Below, one piece after another: positions 40,481-54,968 of a DNA stretch of 64,000 nt (positions are counted from its first letter, which is position 1; every line of letters starts with the position of its first letter). Source of the DNA: Eledone cirrhosa (lineage: Eukaryota); assembly GCA_964016885.1 (NCBI GenBank), contig OZ024757.1, positions 18,042,001 through 18,106,000 of the forward strand, in the 5' to 3' direction. A model generated the notes under the pieces. That model made no database searches. It saw only the letters and a program-made list of their open reading frames with translations, and was not told where the DNA came from. The translations under genes and the position numbers were made by a program.

Positions 40481-41370
40481 ACATATATATATACATACAT
40501 ACATACATACATACATAGAGAGAGAGAAAGAGAGCGATAGAGCGAGAGGGAGGGAGAAAGAAGGAAATAGATAGATGTCAGTGAAAAGTTAATTGCTGGT
40601 CCGTCTAATTTCGGAGTGTATATTTATAAATTAAGATCATTAAGATGAAATGATGGATGAGACATTATGGCCAACCAGTTATTCCTGGGAAATGTGACGT
40701 CATCATTGGCAGAAATGTCAGCCATTTTATTAAGATTTTCACTTAATTGCTGTGACATGGTTAACTTACAACGCCACTCTCTCTTCCCTCTTTCTGTGTA
40801 GCCCTGTCTCCCTTGCACATATATATATATATATACATATATGTGTTTGAACAATAAAAACAGAAGTCTGGCGTAGGCAGAGAGTTAATTCATTGTTTTA
40901 CGATCGTTTCAGAGGATCGTTTAATCGGTGGAGATCGATGCATCGACTAGCATGGTAGTAGTTTAGTTACTACTTATTTCTAATCTCGAAAACTCAGTTC
41001 AATTGACCGTCCTGCCCAAAAACATTAAATGACCCTGGAACTCGAACGGATTTTCTTCGAGGATACCGTCGGCGGTGTTCCCCTACCACAAGAAATACCG
41101 GACACAGCGCTGATTCTTGCAGCAACCATCCTTCCAAAGACACACTGAGTTCTAACAACATTATCATCCCCACCACAACCAGGTGGACTTCGATACATTG
41201 CATATATGACAATTACATGTTGAGTTAAAAACTCACAATAGTCCTTTATAATCAAATTATCCAAAGGAAACACTTTCCGAGCCTTATAACACACATGTAC
41301 TTTTGATAAATTGAGCTCCTACGCTTTGGTTGAGCTTTTAATATATCGAATAGTTCTGGCTGCTCTTTTT

Positions 41371-43157
41371 TAAAGCTGTACGTGAAGCTTTTATAGTGAG
41401 CTAAGTAAAGCTGTACGTGAAGCTTTTATAGTGAGCTAGTAAAGCTGTACGTGAAGCTTTTATAGTAAGCTAGTAAAGCTGTACGTGAAGCTTTTATAGT
41501 GAGCTAGTAAAGCTGTACGTGAAGCTTTTATAGTGAGCTAGTAAAGCTGTACGTGAAGCTTTTATAGTGAGCTAAGTAAAGATGTACGTGAAGCTTTTAT
41601 AGTGAACTAAGTAAAGATGTACGTGAAGCTTTTATAGTGAACTAAGTAAAGATGTACGTGAAGCTTTTATAGTGAGCTAAGTAAAGATGTACGCGAAGCT
41701 TTTATAGTGAGCTAAGTAAAGCTGTACGTGAAGCTTTTATAGTGAGCTAAGTAAAGCTGTACGTGAATCTTTTATAGTGAGCTAGTAAAGCTGTATGTGA
41801 AGCTTTTATAGTGAGCTAGTAAAGCTGTACGTGAAGCTTTTATAGTGAGCTAGTAAAGCTGTACGTGAAGCTTTTATAGTGAGCTAGTAAAGCTGTACGT
41901 GAAGCTTTTATAGTGAGCTAGTAAAGCTGTACGTGAAGCTTTTATAGTGAGCTAGTAAAGCTGTACGTGAAGCTTTTATAGTGATCTAGTAAAGCTGTAC
42001 GTGAAGCTTTTATAGTGATCTAGTAAAGCTGTACGTGAAGCTTTTATAGTTAGCTAGTAAAGCTGTATGTGAAGCTTTTATAGTGAGCTAAGTAAAGCTG
42101 TATGTGAAGCTTTTATAGTGAGCTAAGTAAAGCTGTATGTGAAGCTTTTATAGTGAGCTAGTAAAGCTGTATGTGAAGCTTTTATAGTGAGCTGAGTAAA
42201 GCTGTACGTGAAGCTTTTATAGTGAGCTAGTAAAGCTGTACGTGAAGCTTTTATAGTGAGCTAAGTAAAGCTGTACGTAAAGCTTTTATAGTAAGCTAGT
42301 AAAGCTGTACGTGAAGCTTTTATAGTGAGCTAGTAAAGCTGTACGTGAAGCTTTTATAGTGAGCTAAGTAAAGCTGTACGTGAAGCTTTTATAGTGAGCT
42401 AAGTAAAGCTGTACGTAAAGCTTTTATAGTGAGCTAGTAAAGCTGTACGTGAAGCTTTTATAGTGAGCTAGTAAAGCTGTACGTGAAGCTTTTATAGTGA
42501 GCTAAGTAAAGATGTACGTGAAGCTTTTATAGTGAGCTAAGTAAAGCTGTATGTGAAGCTTTTATAGTGAGCTAAGTAAAGCTGTACGTGAAGCTTTTAT
42601 AGTGATCTAGTAAAGCTGTACGTGAAGCTTTTATAGTAAGCTAGTAAAGCTGTACGTGAAGCTTTTATAGTAAGCTAGTAAAGCTGTACGTGAAGCTTTT
42701 ATAGTCAGCTAAGTAAAGCTGTACGTGAAGCTTTTATAGTGAGCTAAGTAAAGCTGTACGTGAAGCTTTTATAGTAAGCTAGTAAAGCTGTACGTGAAGC
42801 TTTTATAGTGAGCTAAGTAAAGCTGTACGTGAAGCTTTTATAGTGAGCTAAGTAAAGATGCACGTGAAGCTTTTATAGTGAGCTAAGTAAAGCTGTACGT
42901 GAAGCTTTTATAGTGAGCTAAGTAAAGCTGTACGTGAAGCTTTTATAGTGAGCTAAGTAAAGCTGTACGTGAAGCTTTTATAGTAAGCTAAGTAAAGCTG
43001 TACGTGCAGCTTTTATAGTGAGCTAGTAAAGCTGTATGTGAAGCTTTTATAGTGAGCTAAGTAAAGATGTACGTGAAGCTTTTATAGTGAACTAAGTAAA
43101 GATGTACGTGAAGCTTTTATAGTGAGCTAGTAAAGCCCTACGTGAAGCTTTTATAGT
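41371..43157. repeat. 34/35 bp minisatellite, about 50 copies
   Basis: Unit gtaaagctgtacgtgaagcttttatagtgagcta(a), no spacers. Confidence 0.97.
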
Positions 43158-43522
43158 CTTCTAAGAAATTTAGTAGTGAAGGGTTTATTGGTTTGAACAT
43201 CCATTGATAAGCACCGAACCAATAAATCTCATCACTGAATTGTGAAACAATTCCACCCTAAAGCTGTCTGGATGTTGATAGTTATCATAGTCGGTTTCTA
43301 TATCTTCATTTATCCTTTTAATTGAGTTCTCTGAACCACACTATCTTTAGTTAATACATTATTCACCTTGGCGGTTTGTGTCCCTTATGATTTGAACATG
43401 TATGTATGTATGTATGTATGTATGTATGTATGTATGTATGTATGTGTGTGTGTATGTGTGTGTATGTATGTATGTATGTATGTATGTGTTTATGTGTATG
43501 TGTGTGTGTGTGTGTGTATGTA

Positions 43523-43553
<31 letters not shown>

Positions 43554-43879
43554 GTATATGTGTGTGTATATGTGTGTATGTATGTATGTGTGTATGTGTG
43601 TATGTGTGTATGTGTGTATGTATGTGTGTATGTATGTATGTGTGTGTGTATGTGTGTGTCCATGTATGCATGTGTGTGCGTGTGCGTGTGCGTGTGCGTG
43701 TGCGTGTGCGTGTGCGTGTGCGTCTGCATGTATGTATGTATGTATGTGTGTATGTATGTATGTGTATGTATGTATGTGTGTATATGTGTGTGTATGTGTG
43801 TATATGTGTGTGTATGTGTGTGTATGTGTGTATGTGTGTGTATGTGTGTATGTGTGTATGTATGTGTGTATGTATGCAT

Positions 43880-44283
43880 CCGGGAGAGATGACCCCTCAG
43901 TCTTTGTCAAGGCAGAATTCTAGGAGAAGGAAAACTCTGATATAACACCTGCAACCCTGATATCCAATGATGTTGACTTGTTCTTTTTGGTAAATATCAT
44001 CTTGGTTAAGAGAGTGGGACTGGCTTTGTGCAGTGCCTTTGCTCACTATAAAAGCTTCACGGCACAGGCATTGCTTTATATCTGGAGATCTCTCTGCACT
44101 TGTCACATGGTACCATCGGCCCAGCACTATGTGTCAGTAATTGTCACAAGTGCAGTGTTTGTACCAGAGTTTTCAAGTTGCTGGCTGGACTAAAAAGTCA
44201 CACTCGTTCAGCGCATCGATAGGGGTTCTCCTACATGGATATAAAGTAGTGGCCGTACTCGAAAACGAGTTGGCAGCCACCAC
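43880..44283 (+). mobile_element. Second, 5'-truncated copy of the 14539-15140 repeat
   Basis: Colinear with 14737-15140, same 3' end gagttggcagccacca. Confidence 0.85.
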
Positions 44284-44349
44284 CATGTATGTATGTATGT
44301 ATGTGTGTATGTGTGTATGTGTGTATGTGTGTATGTGTGTATGTGTGTA

Positions 44350-44415
<66 letters not shown>

Positions 44416-44448
44416 TATGTTTGCGTGTGTGTATGTGTGTGTGTATGT

Positions 44449-44567
44449 ATTACTGGTACTTTATCGACCCCGTAAGGGTGAAAGGCAAAGTTAACCTCGG
44501 TGGTATTTGAAATCAGAACGTAAAGGGTCGTAACTCTATATCGTAAAACATGTCTGACGTTCTACCG
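44449..44567 (-). mobile_element. SINE fragment
   Basis: tactggtactttatcgaccccgtaagggtgaaaggcaaagttaacctcgg. Confidence 0.8.
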
Positions 44568-44857
44568 AAGATTTTACACCGATAACCAATGATTTCGATC
44601 TCGTTGTTTAAAATTTGCTCAACAATTCAGTTGGAGCACACGCATAGGATTAATTGTACGACAGCATTCTCAGCCAGAGGCCTAAAGTGAGGAAAGCTAA
44701 CTATGTTATTACCTCATACAAACACACACACACATATATATATATACATATACATGCATACACAGACAGACCCACGCACACTCACAAACACATATATATA
44801 TAATATAGTGTAGCAACAATTTGGTAAAGACATCCAAGATGTAGAGTTTTAGCACAA

Positions 44858-45036
44858 TTGGCAGTATCGGTAGAGGGTTGGACGCCATGTTTTCTAGCAT
44901 AGTTACGTCCCTATACAGTCTGAGTTCAAATCCCGCCAAGGTTGACTTCGCCTTTCATCCTTACGGGGTCGATAAAATAAAGTACCAGTAATGTACTGGG
45001 TAATTGCTGGCCTTGTGCCTAAAGTAGAAACAATTA
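44858..45036 (+). mobile_element. tRNA-derived SINE
   Basis: Near-full copy. Confidence 0.9.
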
Positions 45037-45856
45037 TATATATATTAGTTGAATAAGTTGGTTTTGTGCAACGAAACGTGCGTCCTGGGTTTCTCCGCGT
45101 TATGTCTTCGTTTTAGTATTGAATTAATTATATTCATAGATATATACATATATAGATATATAAGTGTGCACATTTTATATATATATATGCACACTATTTT
45201 ATGTGTATATATGTATATTATTTACAACCATTTTGAATGAGAGCGAAAAGACTGTCGGAGGGAGGGAGGAATAGATAGAGTGAAGTTGAGTACAGAGAAA
45301 GAAAGAGAGGGAGAGATGGGGTGTCACAGTGACATAGCGTTCAACACTGCTCCTCTCCCATCCCTAACTATTAAGGGAACTGAATAACACACTGCATGTG
45401 TAAATCTCAAGATTTATAGAAATACTTAAACCCATTTACGATGAAATCATATTATATCGGTGACGGATTAATTGAGGTAAAATTAAAAACCGCAAACTCA
45501 AAAGCTGAAATTAATAAAATTAATTAAATAATAAAATGCAAGAAAACAACGAAGAAAAATAAATCATAAGAAAAAAAAATTATTTTTAGTCTCAGCTGAG
45601 AGAAAATAATTCTTTTCGTGTTACCTTCTATAAATTCCGTAACTGCGGGATTGCTTTTTTTTTAACCTGATCACTTTTGTTTTAAATCGTGTTAACAGAT
45701 TTACAGATTTAGCTGTAAGAATATTTGGATAATTAGAGAGGAACATTCTCTATTGGTCTTATAGCTGGATTGTGATTAGTCGCTGATTGGTAATGGCGGT
45801 GTTTAAGTGTTGTGTAACTAATAAACTTCATGGAGAGGTGGATAGAGGCAAGGAGT

Positions 45857-46050
45857 GGAGAGGCAGGGGGTGGTAGGAGAGAGGCAGGGGGTGGTAGGAG
45901 AGAGGCAGGGGGTGGTAGGAGAGAGGCAGGGGGTGGTAGGAGAGAGGCAGGGGGTGGTAGGAGAGAGGCCGGGGAGGGAGGAGAGAGGCCGGGGAGGGAG
46001 GAGAGAGAAGCAGGGAGGTAGGAGAGAGAAGCAGGGAGGTAGGAGAGATG
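45857..46050. repeat. 21 bp G-rich minisatellite
   Basis: gagaggcagggggtggtagga x5, then variants. Confidence 0.9.
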
Positions 46051-46928
46051 CAGGGAGGGAGGGAGGAAGTGTAGAGATGCAAGGAAGGTGGATAGAGGCA
46101 AGGGGAGGTGGAGCGATACAAGGAGGGGGGAAGATGAATAGATGCAAGGAGGGGAAAGGTGAAGAGATGCAATGAGGGATGAGGGGAGAGAGGCAAGGGG
46201 GTGGGGGTGAGGCAAGTAAAGACAAGGAGGGTGAAGAGAGGAGAAGCAAGTAGAAAAGACATGTAGAGAGAGAGAAGAGTAGAGAGAGAGACTAGAGGAG
46301 GGGGAGAGACACTGGAGGAGAGGGGGAGAGAGACTAGAGGAGAGGGGAAGAGAGAGGAGAGGTGTTAATGGTGAAACTATCAATAGTAAGGCGATAAATT
46401 ATGGTAAATCCTCTTGGAAGAACTTTACTGGAGATAATCGTTAAGTATTTCCAGTAATCCTTTTGATGGCATGGTAATTTGTTGCAGGCCTAGCAGCAAC
46501 ATAGTTAATTACAGCTTTGACAATGGCAGACCAGGTCAAAGAAGATAAGGCTTAATGGTCTTTCTTCACACATTTAATCAGACGGTATTTGACAGAGGGG
46601 GAGTGAGGGGTAGAGAGGAGTAGAGAGAGAAAGAGAGAGGGAGAGGTAGAGGGAGAGAGAGAAGGAGAGTAAGAGAGAGGGAGAGGGAGAGAAAGAGATA
46701 GGGAGACAGGGAGAGGTAGAGAAAGAGATAGGGAGAGGTAGAGAGAGAAGGAGAGTAAGAGAGAAAATGATAGGGAGAGAGGTAGAGAAAGAGATAGGGG
46801 GAGAGGTAGAGGGAGAGAGATAAGGAGAGTAAGAGAGAGGGAGAGGTAGAGGTAGAGGGAGAAGGAGGGGAATAGAGAGGGAGAGTTAGGGAGAGATGGA
46901 TATATATATATAATATACACAAACACCC

Positions 46929-46976
<48 letters not shown>

Positions 46977-47019
46977 GTAGGAGGAATTGGTAGTTTACTT
47001 GAATCATTGTATAGTGAGG

Positions 47020-47070
<51 letters not shown>

Positions 47071-47183
47071 TCACGTTTGAGGGCGACCGGCAAAGGTGGA
47101 AGATGCTGGATGGCGGTCGTCCTCCGGTCTTTGATTTTCAGTCCCATGGATTTTATCTATTACATTCATTTATTATATTTCGA

Positions 47184-47241
47184 ATACCTGATGATATCAC
47201 CGGATTCATACGGAACCCTGTCATTGAAATGATCATAGTAT
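47184..47241 (+). ncRNA. Minimal type I hammerhead motif in a ~230 bp (TA)n-flanked insert (47066-47300)
   Basis: atac CTGATGA (47188)..GAAA tgatca TA gtat, then aataaa; palindromic stem III atgatcat; stem II imperfect. Confidence 0.65.
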
Positions 47242-47291
47242 AATAAACCTTTCAAGGATTTGCACAAGTCCAGCCTCCTGTCATTTCATTA

Positions 47292-47351
<60 letters not shown>

Positions 47352-47445
47352 AATTAGTAAATTTGTATTCCAATGTTACTAAGTAGTTGCATTGGATGGA
47401 GTTACCTAATAAATTCTTTATACCCGCATTTCCATTTCATAAACT

Positions 47446-47487
<42 letters not shown>

Positions 47488-48019
47488 CCTAACTACACAA
47501 TGCGTCAAGTAAACTACCAGTTCCTCCTATATATATAGTTTAGAAAACGTAAGAGAAACCCAAACATAAGGACAATTCCCGCTCTTTGGTTTCGCTGTTT
47601 GATGTGGGATGTTGATGTTTCGACGCATTAAAAACTGTACATCTCACCATAGTGCCTTAATAACTACGAGCAATATTTATCAGGGAAGAAAACAACAAAA
47701 AAACAAAACAAAAGAAATAAAAAAAACAGAGACGATAGAGAAGAGAACGACAGACCAGGAAAATAAACAAAAGAAAAAAAATCAGAAGAAAAACATGACG
47801 ATATAAAGGGGGAAACACTAGACAGTTGTAGATGTAAGTTGCATTAACCTATAGGATTTTAATTCATATATCTATATATGTTATTTTTATGCACGAAGTT
47901 AAGAGCTTTTTGTTGCTACTTTCAAACCTTTTGAAATTTAACCGCCTAAATATGTGATTGGTTCTATTTATGAAACCACGTGGTGACAGTGGCAGTCAAA
48001 AACTGCTACTAAATCACTA

Positions 48020-48610
48020 GTAGACCTTAGTGATATAACATAATGGATGGATCCCCGTTGACGAATCTCAGTATTGGTCCTGGTAGAGTTCCTATTTTCC
48101 CGATGATTCTGGAATTAATGCGTGGCATCTGTGTAATAGGCGCAACAATTGCACAACAGTGCACAGTATACAGAGAAGAAACCAACAGTGTACGTTTGGT
48201 CCACGCTAAATAGTTTAACACCGGCACATGATCGCGAACTTACTACTAATAATGTAAATGTGTGCGCTCTGAATCACGGACAGGCACTTCGGAAATGCAA
48301 GTCCCGTTAAATCATCTAGTGAGTCGGAAAATTCGGCGTACAAGCACAAGCACAGTTTGTCTTGTTCGATACACTCATATATAGTAAACAGAAATAACAA
48401 GGCAAACGACAAAGTACAATGAAAAAATAGAGTGCACTTCACACTATCCGCATATATTAGGCAACAATGCACAATTGCCCCATGTGGCTTCCTCAGCGGG
48501 CTTCGCCTAATCAATGACCTATCATTCGACAGCAGTCCGTGCCAACTATAACTGTACGTGACGGGCAACACATCAAAATATTGGTAACTGGAATCTCTCC
48601 GCGTCACAAT
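48020..48610 (-). mobile_element. Possible ancient Helitron Rep fragment
   Basis: Across frameshifts: DSSYQYF..Y.W, TLFF..TLSFA, IIGKI, EIRQRGSIH, in the order expected for Rep motifs 1-2 (F.TLS.A; EFQ.RGSPH.H). Confidence 0.3.
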
Positions 48611-48667
48611 GGTGTCTCCTCATTGACTACCGATTTATGAATTTACGTAAAGACAGGTTATATATTT

Positions 48668-48735
<68 letters not shown>

Positions 48736-48877
48736 ATCTACCAAAAATATACGGTAGTGTCCAACCCGTATGAAGAATTCAATGTAATCCAAATATCATG
48801 AAAAGTGATGTATTCAAAGATAATTTTTCGATAAAAATCACAGGAAAACAGAGTCAAGTAAATTTATATATATATAT

Positions 48878-49001
<124 letters not shown>

Positions 49002-49032
49002 CGAGAGCGAGAGAGAGAGCGAGGGAGAGAGA

Positions 49033-49064
<32 letters not shown>

Positions 49065-49220
49065 TACATATACCTAAGTATATACGATAGAAATAATACA
49101 CAAGTATTTTTTAAAACAGGCATTATTTTATTTATATGCACTAATGGAAAATATTTAAAATCTAACTTATGTAAACAATTAGATACCAACTCTTCACATA
49201 TAATCAAGATTAAACACACA

Positions 49221-49293
<73 letters not shown>

Positions 49294-49693
49294 CATTATT
49301 TCATACATAAATAAATATATTTACATGTAACAGTTGCTATATATTCAGAGATCTTCACACTTTACAGGCATATCTCAAAAGCTAACGCCATTATAATATA
49401 TTTAATGTTTATATATATGCACACACACACACATATATATACACCGCCACATATATGTATATATGTATGTATATATATATATACATATATACATACATAT
49501 AAATACATATATATATATATAAAGAAATATAAGATACATAAATAAATACATATATGTATTTACATATATATGTATTTATATATATATATATATAAATACA
49601 TATATATATATATATAAATACATATATATATATATATATAAATACATATATATATATATATAAATACATATATATATATATAAATACATATAT

Positions 49694-49728
<35 letters not shown>

Positions 49729-49845
49729 AATACATACATATATATAAATACATACATATATATATATATAAATACATATATATATATATATAAATACATA
49801 TATATATATATAAATACATATATATATATATATAAATACATATAT

Positions 49846-49878
<33 letters not shown>

Positions 49879-49977
49879 AATACATACATATATATATATA
49901 AATACATACATATATATATATAAATACATACATATATATATATATATATATAGATATATAAATATATATAAATATAA

Positions 49978-50022
<45 letters not shown>

Positions 50023-50093
50023 CATATATAATACATGTATATATATATATATATAAATACATATATATATATATATATATATATAAATACATA

Positions 50094-50182
<89 letters not shown>

Positions 50183-50425
50183 ATAAATACATATATATAT
50201 ATATATATATAAATACATATATATAATATATATATATAAATACATATATATATATAAATACATATATATATATATATAAATACATATATATATAAATACA
50301 TATATATAAATACATACATATATATATATATATGTGTGTATATAAATATATATATATATATATATGTATATAAATACATATATATATATATATATGTCTA
50401 TATATATATATATATATATATATGT

Positions 50426-50469
<44 letters not shown>

Positions 50470-50818
50470 TATAAGATACATATATAAATACATGAATATT
50501 TTATATACACACTGTTGCTTTTAAATTCATATTCCAAAATGTACAACATTAAACATATTCAAAACATGACATTTGAAAATAATCAAAATAAATACATTTT
50601 TATTATTATCAAACATCTAAAAATATAAAGACATTAAAATTAAAATAACAATGAAAAAAAGGCACCGAAACAGAATTAACGATAAATAACCATATTAAGA
50701 AATAACATTACGTATGACAACTTCTACCTTATTTAAAATAATATTCGCTATACTATATTTTTCAGTAAATGAAACATTATTTGATGTAGTAGTCGCAATA
50801 TGGTGCATTACCATCGTA

Positions 50819-51018
50819 NNNNNNNNNNNNNNNNNNNNNNNNNNNNNNNNNNNNNNNNNNNNNNNNNNNNNNNNNNNNNNNNNNNNNNNNNNNNNNNNNN
50901 NNNNNNNNNNNNNNNNNNNNNNNNNNNNNNNNNNNNNNNNNNNNNNNNNNNNNNNNNNNNNNNNNNNNNNNNNNNNNNNNNNNNNNNNNNNNNNNNNNNN
51001 NNNNNNNNNNNNNNNNNN
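50819..51018. other. Assembly gap (200 N)
   Basis: Run of N. Confidence 1.
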
Positions 51019-51571
51019 TTGACGTAGTGTTCTGTTGTTAAACATATAATAAGGTTGAATGAATAAAAGAGACAAACAAAGCGAAAATCTAAATCAACTG
51101 TAGAGGAGCTAGAAAAAATGATATGGCAACCTTAAACATAATGAGAGTCTTAAAAAAAGAAGCGACGATGAAGTGAAATGAAGTAACTATAAGTTTAAAT
51201 TAGATGGAATGGAAATAACAATTCCGATATAAAATATTTGAATAGTAAAAAATATAAGACTATAATATGCAAACAAGGTTTTTTTATACATGAGGAAAAA
51301 ACTGACTAAAGTTTTCTACAAATATATATATGTAAGTGTGTGCTTGTGCATGTGTGTGTGTGTGTGCGTGTGTGTGTGCGTGTGTGTATGTGTGTGCTTG
51401 TGCATGTGTGTGTGTATGTGTGCGTGTGTGCGCCAATTATTTGCCCCATCTGTGAGGTGTTGTTTTGGCGGAAATATAACTGGTTTTATTCCAGTTTCTG
51501 TCTTCGCTGTTTTTTCTACTTTTTCTATTATAGCATTCTTTCTGTCTTCATGAGAACTGTGATCTTCATAT

Positions 51572-51671
<100 letters not shown>

Positions 51672-51786
51672 GTATTTATATATATATATATATATATACT
51701 TTTATATATATATATATACTTTTATATATATATATATACTTTTATATATACATATATACTTTTATATATATATATGTATACATTTT

Positions 51787-51822
<36 letters not shown>

Positions 51823-51842
51823 TACTTTTATATAGATATATA

Positions 51843-51893
<51 letters not shown>

Positions 51894-51934
51894 TTTTATA
51901 TATATATATATATATACTTTTATATATATATATA

Positions 51935-52149
51935 TAGTATTATGTATATAATAAAACATTTTATAGTTATATATTTAAAACTCTAAATAGTGAAAGACAG
52001 TAATTCATTACTATCTTATTACCAGTAAGATAAATAGCTCAATATAATAACATCAGTTGTTTTACAGAGCAGTTATATAGAAAGTACATGAATCAAAGTT
52101 CAGTTTAAATCATTTTTTAAATGATTTAAACTGAACTTTGATTCATGTA
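51935..52149 (-). mobile_element. Tail-only copy of the 34577-36865 PLE family ending in a hairpin
   Basis: Reverse complement matches 36680-36800 (tataactgctctgtaaa..ctgatgtt..ttgagcta..cttactggtaataag.tagtaat); 31 bp arms 52085-52115 / 52119-52149. Confidence 0.8.
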
Positions 52150-52212
52150 ATTCTTATATATATATACTTTTATATATATATATATATATACATAGTTATA
52201 TATATATATACG

Positions 52213-52248
<36 letters not shown>

Positions 52249-52384
52249 CATACATATATATATATACGTATATATATATACATACTTATATATATATATA
52301 TACATACTGATATATATATATATATATATATACTTATATATATACTTATATATATATATATACTTATATATATATATGTATACT

Positions 52385-52418
<34 letters not shown>

Positions 52419-52507
52419 TATATATATATGTATACTTATATATATATATATAAACTTATATATATATATGTATACCTATATATATATATATATATATAAA
52501 AACTTAT

Positions 52508-52539
<32 letters not shown>

Positions 52540-52846
52540 ATATATATATATATATATTATATATATATATAAACTTATATATATATACATATATATATAT
52601 ATACTTTTATATATATATATATATATATACTTTTATATATATATATATATAGACTTTTATATATATATATATGTATACTTTTATATATATATATACTTTT
52701 ATATATATATATATATATACTTTTATATATATATATATATACTTTTATATATATATATATATACTTTTATATATATATATACTTTTATATATATATATAT
52801 ACTTTTATCTATATATATATATACTTTTATATATATATATATAAAA

Positions 52847-52889
<43 letters not shown>

Positions 52890-53211
52890 CACACATATAT
52901 ATACATATACACACACATATATATATACATATATACATATATATATATATATACATAGACACATACATATATACATATATACATATATATACATAGACAC
53001 ATACATATATACATATATATATACATATACATACATATATACATATACATATATATACATATATATATACATATATACACATATATATACATATATATAT
53101 ATATACATATATATAAATACATATATATACATATATATATACATATATATATATATATACATATATCTATATATATACATATATACATATACATATATAC
53201 ATACATATATA

Positions 53212-53387
53212 CAATTAAGTATGTTTTTGAAACAGTGAGCAGGTTTGAAATTAGAAAATAGAATAGCTTTCACCGTATTTTTGACTAAAGGAATTTTAGC
53301 CTGATAATGGGGTTTAGAACCCTTAGATAATTTATGTGGGGGTTCTAAACCCAATTATCAGGCTAAAATTGCTTTAGTCAAAAATAC
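53212..53387. mobile_element. Fold-back mini-element, family F
   Basis: 48 bp arms 53275-53322 and 53340-53387, 17 nt loop, 63 bp one-sided extension, TA-rich flanks. Confidence 0.7.
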
Positions 53388-53913
53388 ATATATATACATA
53401 TATATATACACACACATATATATATATATATATACATATATACACACACACACATATATATATATACATATATAGTCATATATATTTATATATATACATA
53501 TATACATATATATTTATATATATACATATTTACACATATATACATATATATTTATATATATACATATTTACACATATATACATATATATTTATATATATA
53601 CATATTTACACATATATATTTATATATATACATATTTACACATATATTTATATTTACACATATATTTATATATATACATATTTACACATATATACATATA
53701 TATTTATATATATACATATTTACACATATATATTTATATATATACATATTTACACATATATACATATATATTTATATATACATATTTACATATATATACA
53801 TATATATTTATATATATACATATTTACACATATATACATCTTTATATATATACATATATACATATATATTTATATATATACATATTTATTTATATATATA
53901 TACATATACACAT

Positions 53914-54078
53914 TGGGGAGGAGAAAGTCAATTAAATCGATCTCAGTGTATTACTGGTACTTTATTTTATCGATCCCGTACGGATGAAAGGCTAAGCTAA
54001 CTCCGGTCACATTTGAACACAGAACGTCAATGGCCGTGTACTGTACAGCATGGTGTCCGACGCTCTACCTACCGATTC
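53914..54078 (-). mobile_element. Diverged SINE
   Basis: tactggtactttattttatcgatcccgtacggatgaaaggc..atttgaacacaga. Confidence 0.8.
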
Positions 54079-54180
54079 TGATCTGTTTCGTAACGGCTTT
54101 TAACAGCCTCTGTTACCGTTGTTGATGAAATAAAATATCAGTCCGGCGTTGGGGTCGGTTATATCGATTTCTTTCTTCAT

Positions 54181-54234
<54 letters not shown>

Positions 54235-54877
54235 GAAAATTGCGGGCCTTGTGCCTAAATTAGAACCCATTTTTAGATATTCGTTCTATATTCCCCATTA
54301 TCACTAATTTTCGAAATCACTGTGGGTGTATGTATTAATACATCACCAAATCTCTCTCTCTCTGTCTCTCTCTGTCTCTCACTGTCTCTCACTGTCTCTC
54401 TCTCTCTCCGTCTTTGTCTTACCTGTCCGACGTAGAGAACTCAACAAGATTAATTAATTTAACACCTGATCCACAAATCATCGACGACGTTAAAATATTT
54501 CCCTCGGTGCATTTAAGCATTATGCAACATCAAGTGAGTCAGCGAACTGCTTCAATTCCGTTTTGGAGACGAAAGCATGGAGCCCACATACATGATACAA
54601 GAAATTTAATTAAATTAAAAGCATTTCTACATAACCTATCACATCCTATAGCAGCAAACACTTAGTTGGTTTGATAGGCATATAACAATGATGGATAGTA
54701 ATAGCAATCGTCCCTCAATGATGTCCCTTGGTGTTTCAATCGCCAGTTCAATTTTGGAATTACTCTTTCCTATATTAATTGATTTGCTAGCTAGGATTGT
54801 TAGTAATAATCTATCTGAAATGTTCTTTCTCTATTCACAGTATTTATCAGAACCTGCATTCATGCATATGTAAACCA

Positions 54878-54925
54878 ATATATATATATATATATGAATG
54901 TATATAATATATATATATATGAATG

Positions 54926-54968
<43 letters not shown>

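Noticed and set aside
41371-43157. CRISPR-like 34-35 bp periodicity
   Set aside because: Units are contiguous with no unique spacers, there are no cas genes, and the context is eukaryotic.
45733-46383. Pro/Leu/Ser-rich 216 aa ORF
   Set aside because: Reverse complement of purine-rich GA/21-mer repeats.
50695-51075. ORFs spanning X runs
   Set aside because: Artefact of the N gap.
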